Shown piece by piece: positions 36,088-44,990 of a DNA stretch of 64,000 nt. Below the pieces are notes generated by a model, which was given only the letters and a program-made list of their open reading frames with translations, did no database searches and was not told the DNA's origin. The DNA lies in IMG/VR virus record IMGVR_UViG_3300010373_000002, positions 1 through 64,000 of that record, one strand, 5' to 3'. The stretch is from a virus. Within the stretch, counting starts at the first letter, position 1; every line of letters begins with the position of its first letter. The translations under genes were made by a program, and so were the position numbers.

Positions 36088-36393
36088 TCAATCCGACTCC
36101 GGCCTAGGATCTTCAATCCCGTATCTTGCGAGCAATTCACGCTCCGCGTTCATCCATGCGCAGTGTCGATTACTTGGATCGTTTGCGAGATCGCGAAGCG
36201 TTAGCGCGAATTCTTGCGCGGACTTGTGAACCTCGTTCCCCGCGTTGGTGTAGAAAAAAAGAGAATCGTCGGCGAAGACGAGGTATCCCCAGCCGTCACT
36301 TCTTCCGTTCGGGGAGTGAAATTGCGCGACCGAACGAACATCGTTAGGCTTGATTGATTCTAGCCTTTTGGCGTATTTCTGCGCGAGCGTCAT
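36088..36393 (-). CDS. Hypothetical protein
   Basis: GGAG RBS. Confidence 0.7.
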   Translation of the reverse strand: MTLAQKYAKRLESIKPNDVRSVAQFHSPNGRSDGWGYLVFADDSLFFYTNAGNEVHKSAQEFALTLRDLANDPSNRHCAWMNAERELLARYGIEDPRPESD

Positions 36394-36593
36394 TGTCGGA
36401 TTCTCCCCTAGTCTAATTGTTGAACATTCTCGTTTATTATTCCGACTCTCGGAATAAGCGAAACGAGGTAGATTATCCCATCGGAGTTATGTTGCTATGT
36501 TGCCGTAAACATCGGCCTCGAAACGGTTTGCGGGATTGATCCTAGAGAGTGTCGGCGCTGATAGGGTTTGATGCGTCGATTTCGTCGGACTCA

Positions 36594-36809
36594 TCACGTT
36601 CCCAGTCGTCGGCTTGCACTCGATTCTTCGGCGTCACGGTCGATCATTGCGCGGGCTTGGTTCGCCCTAGCTTCGTGCCAATCGGCAAGCCGGTTGTTGC
36701 GGTCGCGAGAGTCGCGCTCGGATGCAAGCAGGGCGGCGTAACGCGCGGTCGCACTGTACGCGGACTCGGATGATGCGAGGTAGGATAGTTCGACGACAGA
36801 CATATTCAC
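36594..36809 (-). CDS. Hypothetical protein
   Basis: GAGG RBS. Confidence 0.55.
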   Translation of the reverse strand: MNMSVVELSYLASSESAYSATARYAALLASERDSRDRNNRLADWHEARANQARAMIDRDAEESSASRRLGT

Positions 36810-36818
36810 CCTCTCTCG

Positions 36819-37304
36819 TTAGGCGACTTTGAGCGCGTCGATCGCGGTCACTTGGCTCGACATCTCACGCATGATTGTTTCGTACCACCGAACGATGGCA
36901 GAATAACCGCTTGGCCGATGCTTTAATCCGATGAAGGATTCACCGACAGGTAGCATGGATGCACGATATGCATCGACGACCGCCATCGCCGCCGACAAAC
37001 CGAACGATTCGAGCGCGGACCGCTGAAGCTCGCGGACAGCTTGCGGCGATTGAAAATCCTGGCAGTACTTCGCCACAATGTCGCGATCCGCCAAGTCGGC
37101 CTCGCGATGGTACGTGCGCAGCTTGTCGCGAAGCCATGTCCATGCTTGAAAGCTCAAATTTGTTGATCCGTACACTGACGATCCAACCAGTTTGACGAAT
37201 CCGCACGCATTCAGTCTCAACTGAATGTCGGCTTGATCGCACACTTGCAAGATGCGGTCGAACGATTCGAGCGCACTTGCAACACTCTTGTTCACCGGTT
37301 TCAT
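36819..37304 (-). CDS. Hypothetical protein
   Basis: AGGAG RBS. Confidence 0.7.
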   Translation of the reverse strand: MKPVNKSVASALESFDRILQVCDQADIQLRLNACGFVKLVGSSVYGSTNLSFQAWTWLRDKLRTYHREADLADRDIVAKYCQDFQSPQAVRELQRSALESFGLSAAMAVVDAYRASMLPVGESFIGLKHRPSGYSAIVRWYETIMREMSSQVTAIDALKVA

Positions 37305-37620
37305 GGTATATCTCCTGTGATCTATAAGCCGGCCGATGGAACCCTCTCACAACAAGAGGGCTTCAATGGCCGGCCTAGCGTGATGAGGCCAGGCCGGATT
37401 GTTGATTCGTTTGGGCGATGTTGGCCGCGCGTGCTATAGCCGGCCAGTGCATCGCATCCTTGGACCGATTCGGCCCGCGACGCGGGCTAGACGGTTAGGA
37501 CTGGCGTCTCACTTCGCTCGCCCGATCACGTATCTTGTGTACGGTGGAGACGCCCCGACAATCGAATTATCAAAGAACATGGATGGCTTGTATTCAGCCA
37601 TCGGATTATTGCTTCCCCAT

Positions 37621-37689
37621 GCGGGGAAATTCGCCCGGTCGGATTCGAACCGACTAGCCGTTTCGGCTCACTCCGTCAGCGCGGGGAAA
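37621..37689 (-). ncRNA. tRNA-like mini-element (perfect T-arm) between 9-bp direct repeats
   Basis: Minus strand AGCCG-AAA-CGGCT then GTCGG-TTCGAAT-CCGAC; GCGGGGAAA at 37621-37629 and 37681-37689. Confidence 0.45.
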
Positions 37690-37695
37690 GATGGA

Positions 37696-38007
37696 TCACA
37701 ACCAATAAGCTTCGCGGCCGATCTTGATGATCTCCCCCTCCATCTTCAGCTTTTCGAGCCGCGAGGAGTCCGCGACAGCCTCTTCTCGCGTCGAAAAGCG
37801 CCGCCCGTCTTGCCGACGTTTCCACTCGCCGGAGTGATTTCGGGCGATGTAGGCGAACCAGTCGACGATCGAAACCCCATCGTCGTCGCCACTGATTTCT
37901 TCCCAAGTCGGCTCCTCGATGGCCGGCCCGTGGCACAATGCGATGCATTCTTCCGATTCGGCCACGATTCGTTCCACTTCCGCCATGTCGATCTTGATCG
38001 CGTCCAT
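37696..38007 (-). CDS. Acidic hypothetical protein, first gene of the early arm
   Basis: GGGGAG RBS, ATG 38007. Confidence 0.7.
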   Translation of the reverse strand: MDAIKIDMAEVERIVAESEECIALCHGPAIEEPTWEEISGDDDGVSIVDWFAYIARNHSGEWKRRQDGRRFSTREEAVADSSRLEKLKMEGEIIKIGREAYWL

Positions 38008-38061
38008 CTCACTCCCCTTTTCGGTTAGTCGCTTCCATCGTCCACTCCCCTTCGACACTGT

Positions 38062-38090
38062 AGTTTACGCCGCGAACGATCTACTGTCAA
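38062..38090 (-). promoter_or_regulatory. sigma70 promoter driving the leftward early arm
   Basis: TTGACA-17 nt-TAAACT. Confidence 0.8.
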
Positions 38091-38166
38091 GGGAAAATTA
38101 GGAAAACTGGAAAATAGTTCCAAACGGGTCGATTTCCGGTGTACAGTCAAGTGTACAGCGCCCGCC

Positions 38167-38195
38167 TTGACTCTTTGCTATCCAACCTATACACT
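38167..38195 (+). promoter_or_regulatory. Divergent sigma70-like promoter facing the noncoding region
   Basis: TTGACT-17 nt-TACACT. Confidence 0.55.
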
Positions 38196-38760
38196 CTATC
38201 TATCCAATAGTAAACGTCGATATCGGCCCGTCTCATTGCGCCGTTTCCGCGTAGAATACGTCATTTCGGCCTAGTTCGCGGCCTGTTTTCTCGCTAGACT
38301 AAGTGTCCAACAAAGTACACTATGCCGTACAGTATTGACTTTCCCAGTCAGGCCGGCCTCATGCCGCCGATCGCTCCTTGGTCGGATGATCCACCCCCCG
38401 CGTCTAACGCTCCACAACGGCCTTGGTGCGATCGGCGGCCTTAGCGTGGTCGATTCCATCGCTTGCGGTCCTACGCTCACGTCGTCGCGACCTACGCCGG
38501 CCCTGGGGAATCCGACCTCTTGCGGTCGCGACCTTCGCCGGCCTCCGCCGGTCATCCCGACGCCGATCGCTCCCCTTAATAATGCTCGCGCGCGTGCGGT
38601 TCCTTATAGCTGTCGGGGAAGTGATCCGGTGGGTCACAAATTTTAACATACTGATACGTCGATGGTGTAACATCGAACGTATGGTGATGAGAATATATAA
38701 GGGGGTCCCAAATCCGTTGTTGGATAGGATGGATGGGTGGGCGTGGGGGGCGTGCCCCTC

Positions 38761-39010
38761 CCTCTCCCGTGAGTCCCCTCTAAAACATCCTATATCATGA
38801 TCTCTGCGTACTTTGTCCTTTATCAGTTGGCATTCTATATAACAACAAGTTCCTCTCCCGTGAGCAACGCCTAAAACTCTCGTACCTGATTCTATTTATA
38901 TACCTTACCCTTTATTAGTTAGCATTCTATAAAAGAGCAGGTTCCTCTCCCGTGAGTCCCCTCTAAAACATCCTATCCGATGTACTCTTTATATGTACCT
39001 TTACCATTGA
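38761..39010 (+). repeat. Three degenerate 91-92 bp tandem repeats
   Basis: CCTCTCCCGTGAG...CTAAAAC cores at 38761, 38852 and 38944. Confidence 0.85.
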
Positions 39011-39096
39011 CATTATTCGATAAATAATATCAGTTATCAAGAGTTTATAAATCTTATCGTCCAACACGATAAACTCTGTATAAATTTGGAGTCCCT

Positions 39097-39331
39097 GATT
39101 CCTTGAAAAAGATAGTTGCCATAAAAGAGACACCCCCCCCTAAAAATTTTTCACTCAGATGTTAGTGGTTCATATTTTCTTAATGATGTTCACAGTAACG
39201 ACTTACGAAAAAAAAGAGCGAGTGAGAAGTTACACTCAAATCACTACATTATAGAAGAAGAGAAATATTCCGGGATTCCTTGAAAAAGGTTTTCGCCCAC
39301 AAAAGAGACCCCCCCCTCTAAAAATTTTCAC
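39097..39331 (+). repeat. Two 58-bp imperfect direct repeats (39097-39154, 39274-39331)
   Basis: GATTCCTTGAAAAAG...AAAAGAGAC-polyC-TAAAAATTTT-CAC. Confidence 0.85.
39225..39259 (+). promoter_or_regulatory. 35-bp conserved motif, copy 2 (upstream of terS)
   Basis: 33/35 identical to 19945-19979. Confidence 0.6.
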
Positions 39332-39357
39332 CTAAATACTCGCATCAGTGCAAATAC

Positions 39358-39855
39358 ATGAGTGATCTTCCGCAGCTAGGACACGACGGCAAGTTCAACT
39401 TGCCCACGAAGGACTTGAAGCCTTCGCTGACGGAAGCGCTCAACCTGGCGCTCAAGGGTCAATACTACCGCGACGGCGAAGGGAAGCTGGTCGATGTCGG
39501 CGAGAAGGGAGTCATCCTCAAGCGGATCGCCGAGCGGGTTCTCGGCATGGCGCTCGAAGGCAACGAGAAGATGATCGCCTTGGCTTGGGACAGGTGGGAC
39601 GGCAAAGTTCCCCAAAACGTCGCCTTGGACCAATCGACCGTCTTCCACGAGCACATTCATAAATTCCTAGTGTCCGAGGAAGACATCGCCGAAACGGCCT
39701 TGATCCTGGCGAAGATCGGCATCGGCCGCGTCGCGACCCAATCGCTCATGGACCCCACCATCGTCATCGACGCGGAGTGCGAGGATGTCACCGGAGACGG
39801 TCAAAAGCAAATTGGAACCGCTGTCAAGAATGACGATCTCCCGGCATCTCCTTGA
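39358..39855 (+). CDS. terS: Putative terminase small subunit
   Basis: ALEGN..I....DR.DGK..Q motif; first gene of the late operon, upstream of terL. Confidence 0.6.
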   Translation: MSDLPQLGHDGKFNLPTKDLKPSLTEALNLALKGQYYRDGEGKLVDVGEKGVILKRIAERVLGMALEGNEKMIALAWDRWDGKVPQNVALDQSTVFHEHIHKFLVSEEDIAETALILAKIGIGRVATQSLMDPTIVIDAECEDVTGDGQKQIGTAVKNDDLPASP

Positions 39856-39959
39856 TCCGAACCCTTGGGGCATGAAACTTATCAGGATGTCTTGTCCTGA
39901 ATTCACGATCAACTTCTTGAACGCCGCAACCTTTGTAGATACGCGAGAATTAAAAAGCG

Positions 39960-40205
39960 ATGGAAGTAACTTCTACGCTGACGCCGGAAGAGATAGAGAA
40001 ATCGAAACTGAATCAGCTTTCACTGGGCAATTCGATTCTCGGCATGACGGCTAAAATCGGCGACTCTTTATTCGTGGACTTGCCGCCCGACTTCAAAGGC
40101 AAGGTCGAACTGAAATACGACCCCGAGTCGAACCACTGGAAAAGCGATTGGTTCTCGCCGGAAACTTTGGAGCGGAACGATGATCCCGATGATTCCCAAT
40201 CCTGA
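39960..40205 (+). CDS. Hypothetical protein
   Basis: Operonic ORF. Confidence 0.55.
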   Translation: MEVTSTLTPEEIEKSKLNQLSLGNSILGMTAKIGDSLFVDLPPDFKGKVELKYDPESNHWKSDWFSPETLERNDDPDDSQS

Positions 40206-40392
40206 GCCTTACAGGATCGGCGAGACTCCTCCTGTTTATCCGTATGAGGTTTCGACGATTTACGATCCTCAGTTCGTTTGGCGAATCGCCACTTGGGACG
40301 TGCCTGTTAAAAAGTATGGACTTCCGATTCCGATGAATCCGAACATCACCTACAAATATACCTTCACTGAACAATACAGTCACACTTACTAA
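40180..40392 (+). CDS. Hypothetical Pro/Tyr-rich protein
   Basis: GGAG RBS. Confidence 0.5.
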   Translation: MIPMIPNPEPYRIGETPPVYPYEVSTIYDPQFVWRIATWDVPVKKYGLPIPMNPNITYKYTFTEQYSHTY

Positions 40393-40416
40393 TTTCTCTC
40401 TTTCTTTGAGGTACGC

Positions 40417-40788
40417 ATGGCTCGTAAAAGCGCAATGATCGTGGACAATGATGCCGATGTGGAAACGCCTGAATTCGACATTCCCGAAGTCGAGACCGAC
40501 GACGTTGACGGCGATTGGGTTGAAACAAACGAAGACTTGAACCGCCGCGAACCGGATCGGAACGTGACCCAGGTCCGCATGTTTAGGTACTTGAAGCCGT
40601 CCAAGGAAATGTACCGGACGCTCTTGGAACTCAAGAAATGCGGTTCCTTGTCGCGAATCCGCTTCGTGGGCAACCAGTACATCGCCACCGACGACAAGAC
40701 GCAACAGGAATGCGTGCTGCCGTTCCATGTGGTCGCCGAACGCTACTTCCAGAACACCGGCAAGAAACTGAAACGGCCGGTGAGCTAA
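40417..40788 (+). CDS. Hypothetical protein
   Basis: GAGG RBS; immediately upstream of terL. Confidence 0.7.
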   Translation: MARKSAMIVDNDADVETPEFDIPEVETDDVDGDWVETNEDLNRREPDRNVTQVRMFRYLKPSKEMYRTLLELKKCGSLSRIRFVGNQYIATDDKTQQECVLPFHVVAERYFQNTGKKLKRPVS

Positions 40789-40789
40789 C

Positions 40790-42196
40790 GTGGAAGCCGG
40801 CACGGATTTCTTATCTCAGATGCCGGCATGGATCGCCGCCAAGCTCCCGGAAGCGATCGCGGCGACCTCGCGGATTCCGTATTGCCCCGTCAAGCCGACT
40901 CCCACGCAGCGAGCGTTTATCGCCCTAGACCGAATCGGCGTCAGGGAAGCTCTCTACGGCGGAGCGGCGGGCGGCGGCAAGTCGTTCTGTCTCTGCATGA
41001 TGGCCTTGAAGTATGTCGATATCCCCGAATACCGCGCTCTTTTAATGAGAAGGACATTGGCCGACGCCGACAAAGCGGGCGGGTTGATGGAAGTGCTCTG
41101 GGAGTGGTTGCGGGGAACGAAAGCGAAGTATGACGGCGAAGGCAATCGCTGGCGGTTTCCATCGGGAGCGGAGATTCACTTCGGCTACATCGACGGGCCG
41201 AACGATCACTTTAACTACGCCGGGTCCGCATACCACTTTATCGGTTGGGACGAACTCACTCAATTTAGACAAAATCAATATGAATACGTCTCGTTCGCTC
41301 GCCAGCGGAGAAGGAAAGAGTCGGTCATCCCGCTGATCGTGCGAGCGACCTCGAATCCAGGCGGCACGGGTCATCAATGGGTCTTCGATCGGTTTGTAAA
41401 CCCCGACAATACTTCGAAGCGCGTCTTCCTTCCGGCGAAGCTGGACGACAACCCTCACTTGGATCGCGAGTCATACCGCGAATCACTCGCGGAACTCTCA
41501 GAGGTAGAGCGGCAACAACTACTCCACGGCAACTGGTATGTCAAGCAGCAAGGCTTGGTCTATCCCAACTTCGAAGAGTTCGTAGCGCCGATACCGTCAA
41601 GAGTCAAGGGCAGGAGAGTAGGCGGGATCGACTGGGGCTGGCACAACCCGTTCGGAGCGTTGGTGGGCACGCTGGATCATGACGACGTTCTTTGGATCAA
41701 CTATGAACGTCACGGAAGCCACATCACTCTCTCCGATCACGCCAAGGAATTGCCCAAGCCTTGCGAGTATTGGTGCGATCCGGCCGACCCTTCCGCCGCT
41801 TCCGAGTTGAGACTGTCGGGCCATGTGGTCATCCCTTGCACGCACAAGGGCAAAAACGCGATGGAGTCGGGGATCGGCACGGTCACCGCTCGAATGCGAA
41901 CCGGACGCCTCAAGTTCTCGCCGAAGTTGAAGGAACTCCGCAAGGAAGCCGGGTCTTACCGCCGCGATCCGCATACCGGAGTCCCTATCGACAAAGACAA
42001 CCACTTGGTTGCGGCTCTCAGATATCTAGTCGTCGGCTTAGACAGAGGCCATGTTGTCAACCAGAGAGAGACGGCGACGGCTCAAGTGATCAAAGAACGA
42101 GAGGAAGCCGAGGTCCGCGAGAAGTTGCTCAACGAACAGTTGATCGAGTGGCGGCGAATCGACAACCCGGCATGGTGGGAGACGACCGAAGCATGA
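40790..42196 (+). CDS. terL: Terminase large subunit
   Basis: YGGAAGGGKS Walker A, IGWDE Walker B, ATSNPGG, GIDWG nuclease, D...H...ALRY. Confidence 0.95.
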   Translation: MEAGTDFLSQMPAWIAAKLPEAIAATSRIPYCPVKPTPTQRAFIALDRIGVREALYGGAAGGGKSFCLCMMALKYVDIPEYRALLMRRTLADADKAGGLMEVLWEWLRGTKAKYDGEGNRWRFPSGAEIHFGYIDGPNDHFNYAGSAYHFIGWDELTQFRQNQYEYVSFARQRRRKESVIPLIVRATSNPGGTGHQWVFDRFVNPDNTSKRVFLPAKLDDNPHLDRESYRESLAELSEVERQQLLHGNWYVKQQGLVYPNFEEFVAPIPSRVKGRRVGGIDWGWHNPFGALVGTLDHDDVLWINYERHGSHITLSDHAKELPKPCEYWCDPADPSAASELRLSGHVVIPCTHKGKNAMESGIGTVTARMRTGRLKFSPKLKELRKEAGSYRRDPHTGVPIDKDNHLVAALRYLVVGLDRGHVVNQRETATAQVIKEREEAEVREKLLNEQLIEWRRIDNPAWWETTEA

Positions 42197-42360
42197 AACC
42201 GACAGGGAAAGGGCCGATCGGTCAATCGGGAGTCGAGCCTTCTAACAGGGCCTCCGACTACTCGCCGTATAACGAAAGCGGCGTCGCCCTGCTGATTTTG
42301 CTCGCGTGCTTCGGAATCATCATCGCACTGACGTTCGCCAAAACCATTGGACTACTTTGA
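42193..42360 (+). CDS. Small C-terminally anchored membrane protein
   Basis: ATGA overlap with terL; TM helix. Confidence 0.55.
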   Translation: MKPTGKGPIGQSGVEPSNRASDYSPYNESGVALLILLACFGIIIALTFAKTIGLL

Positions 42361-42379
42361 CTTAACATAGGAACCAACA

Positions 42380-43285
42380 TTGCAAGTACACCTTCAAAGA
42401 GTCGTCTCTGAGCTAGGTCAACCGCATCGCCAGTTCCTTATGTCCGACACCCATTTGGGCAGTCCTTATGTTGACAAGAAAAAGATCGTCGAGGATTGCG
42501 AAGCGGCCGCAAAAGCCGACGCGGCGATCATCATCAACGGCGACGTTTTCGACGCGATCAATCCTAAAGACAAGCGGTTTATGCCGAGTTGCTACGACAA
42601 GGAATTGCTCGGCAAGGATGACGTCGGCGAATCGATGGTCGAGATGGGGTTCAAGATTTTCGCGCCATTCGCCAACCGCATCAAAGTGATCGGGGTCGGC
42701 AATCACGAAGAGTCTTGGTTGCGCCGTTCCGCCGAGGATTTGGTCGGTCGCTTGATCGCCAAGTTGAACGCGGAACTCGACAAACAAGGTTGCTCTAATC
42801 GTGTTCGTCACGGCGGCATCTCCGGCTTCTACAGGACCATTTTCCAGTTCCCTCGGCCCGGCGGTCGATCGTCTTCGACTTCTCATACGCTGATGTACGC
42901 CCACGGAGCGGGCGGAGACAGCCCCGTGACCAAGGGCATGACCGCCTTCTACCGCAAGTCGAACGAATACTTCTTCGACGCGATCACGATGGGACACCGC
43001 CATCACCGCAACTTCGACCATAACACGATCATGGTTTGTTCTCCGGCCGGTCATATCACGCACCACGACCGCTATTACATTCAAACCGCCAGCTATATGT
43101 ACAATATTGTCGAAACGAACCAGTCGAATCCCATGAACTATAGCTACGCGGAATCGGCTCTCCACGCGACCAAGCCGCTCGGCGGCATGTTCTTGACCGT
43201 GATTCCCAAGCGAGAGACGCGGGTGATGGAGAAGGGGAACACTTCCCTCTATAAAGTCCAACAAGAGGTCGCCACGGCGGTCTGA
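42380..43285 (+). CDS. Calcineurin-like metallophosphoesterase
   Basis: SDTH, NGD..D, GNHE, HG, GH.H motifs. Confidence 0.9.
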   Translation: MQVHLQRVVSELGQPHRQFLMSDTHLGSPYVDKKKIVEDCEAAAKADAAIIINGDVFDAINPKDKRFMPSCYDKELLGKDDVGESMVEMGFKIFAPFANRIKVIGVGNHEESWLRRSAEDLVGRLIAKLNAELDKQGCSNRVRHGGISGFYRTIFQFPRPGGRSSSTSHTLMYAHGAGGDSPVTKGMTAFYRKSNEYFFDAITMGHRHHRNFDHNTIMVCSPAGHITHHDRYYIQTASYMYNIVETNQSNPMNYSYAESALHATKPLGGMFLTVIPKRETRVMEKGNTSLYKVQQEVATAV

Positions 43286-43370
43286 ATGGTCTTCCTTTGA
43301 ATCGAGAACTTTTGGTACAATTCATCTAGTAGATTCCAACCACTGAACGCGATCTTGGAGCCTTTTTCGT

Positions 43371-44981
43371 ATGCGATCGAAATGGTATCTGTATTACATC
43401 TCCGGTCCCATGACCGGCCTTCCCGAGTACAACTACCCCGCATTCAACCACGCCGCAAAAGTCGCCAGAGAGATGCTTGCCGACGCCGAGTTGGCGAACT
43501 CCTACGAGTTGGTATTCAACCCTGCCGAATCGTTCGGCGGCGACACGACGAAGGCCCGCGAAACCTATTTCGTCGAAGACATGCTCGCCCTGGCTCGGTC
43601 GGAACGCATCATCTTGCTGCCCGGTTGGGAGAAGTCGGCCGGAGCGAGATTGGAAGTGGCGGCGGCGAAGGAGATGGGACTCGGCTTCCACAAGTTCATT
43701 CTCAAGGAAGACGGCGAGTGGGACATCGGCGAGATGCGAGAAGCGCCGGATATCGAAGTGATCTGCAAGGAAGACACCCTGGCGATTCCAAGGACGGCAT
43801 ATTCCGCTTACTGTCCCCGAAACTACACGACTTGGTTGATCGGCGGCGATTGGGATAAAGCTCTAACCAAACCTCTGCCTCCGACCGACACGCTTCCTCA
43901 TGAGAAGGCCGAATACTTCGTCGATTATCGCGAGAAAGAAGATGATCCGCCGAAACCGGCTACTCCCGGAACTCACGACATCGGCCACGGCATCATCGCG
44001 AAACAAGTCGGCGGGATCGGCGGGACGATCGAGTTCAACGGCGTCCGCCTTCCGTTCACGAACTGGGAAGCGACGAAAGAGAGGATCGACGACGGCGACT
44101 CCGAACCGCCGCCGACCTCGAACTCCTTCTCCGACAAAATTAAAACGACTGTCGAGTTCACGGAATCCAGCAAAGATTGGATTAAAGAATTTCTGCTCGA
44201 AGAAGCCAAAAAGCAAGCGTCGTGGGGTGAACCGTTCCCGACCTCTCCGCCTGACGATGACACTGTTTATGATGAGGTTGGCGCTACTTTATGCGACAAG
44301 ATAGCGAAAGACTTCACCAAATACAGTGACGAGATCATTCTCGGAAAACTGGAAGGCGCAATCCGAGAGAATCCTTCTTTCCATCCCTCGGAAAAGAATC
44401 TTTCTTCTCTTTTCGGTTGCGGCGAACCATTACCGACGAAGCCGCCTAGAGATATTTCGAGCAAGAGAGAAGATGGGGTTTCTCTCGCGAGGGATCAAAT
44501 GAGAGACGTATGGAGAACTGTTGGTATCAGTGATTTATACGGCTATCCTTGCGTTGTTCAGTCGGACTTCGAACACTTCCCTATTCCAAAAGAATTCACT
44601 CCTCCGCCGAATCCTCCCGAGTCTCCTCCTTCGGACGGCATCAAACGCTTTGAGACGGGCGCAGTCAGATCGACCGACGCGGAAGGATTTCGCTACGACC
44701 TCATCTCGCCGATCGCTCTCAGGGAACTCGCCAGAACCTACGCGGAAGGTTCGCTCAAGTACGGCGACTTCAACTGGGAAAAGGGTATGCCGGTTCACGA
44801 TCTCTTGAACCACGCCATCCCGCACACCTATGAAGCCTTGGCGGGCGAAGACGTGCTCTTGAATCTCACTCACGCCGCTTGGGGATTGATGGCCGCGATC
44901 CACTCTTACATCCTCTGGCCGCATCTCAACGCCGGTCATCTTCGCGGTCCCGGTTGCACGCCGCCGACTCCGACTGAATAA
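43371..44981 (+). CDS. DUF4406 (deoxyribosyltransferase-like) fused to DUF5664 dATP/dGTP diphosphohydrolase-like domain
   Basis: YISGPMTG...NYPAF...NPAE...LPGWEKS.GA.LE; FETGAVR...RYDLI....L...A....G..KYG..NWEKG...H. Confidence 0.85.
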   Translation: MRSKWYLYYISGPMTGLPEYNYPAFNHAAKVAREMLADAELANSYELVFNPAESFGGDTTKARETYFVEDMLALARSERIILLPGWEKSAGARLEVAAAKEMGLGFHKFILKEDGEWDIGEMREAPDIEVICKEDTLAIPRTAYSAYCPRNYTTWLIGGDWDKALTKPLPPTDTLPHEKAEYFVDYREKEDDPPKPATPGTHDIGHGIIAKQVGGIGGTIEFNGVRLPFTNWEATKERIDDGDSEPPPTSNSFSDKIKTTVEFTESSKDWIKEFLLEEAKKQASWGEPFPTSPPDDDTVYDEVGATLCDKIAKDFTKYSDEIILGKLEGAIRENPSFHPSEKNLSSLFGCGEPLPTKPPRDISSKREDGVSLARDQMRDVWRTVGISDLYGYPCVVQSDFEHFPIPKEFTPPPNPPESPPSDGIKRFETGAVRSTDAEGFRYDLISPIALRELARTYAEGSLKYGDFNWEKGMPVHDLLNHAIPHTYEALAGEDVLLNLTHAAWGLMAAIHSYILWPHLNAGHLRGPGCTPPTPTE

Positions 44982-44990
44982 GGTCACACC

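Noticed and set aside
37621-37689. Complete tRNA gene
   Set aside because: No D arm, anticodon arm, proper 7-bp acceptor stem or CCA
38700-38750. G-quadruplex
   Set aside because: The fourth G-tract requires a loop of about 29 nt; G-runs are more simply a feature of the terminase-upstream region
38271-38800. ORFs in the control region
   Set aside because: Mutually overlapping, no clear RBS, no protein-like features
38761-38969. CRISPR mini-array (29-nt GTT...TAAAAC repeats)
   Set aside because: Spacers are 62-63 nt and homologous to one another; the repeat is not palindromic; no cas genes
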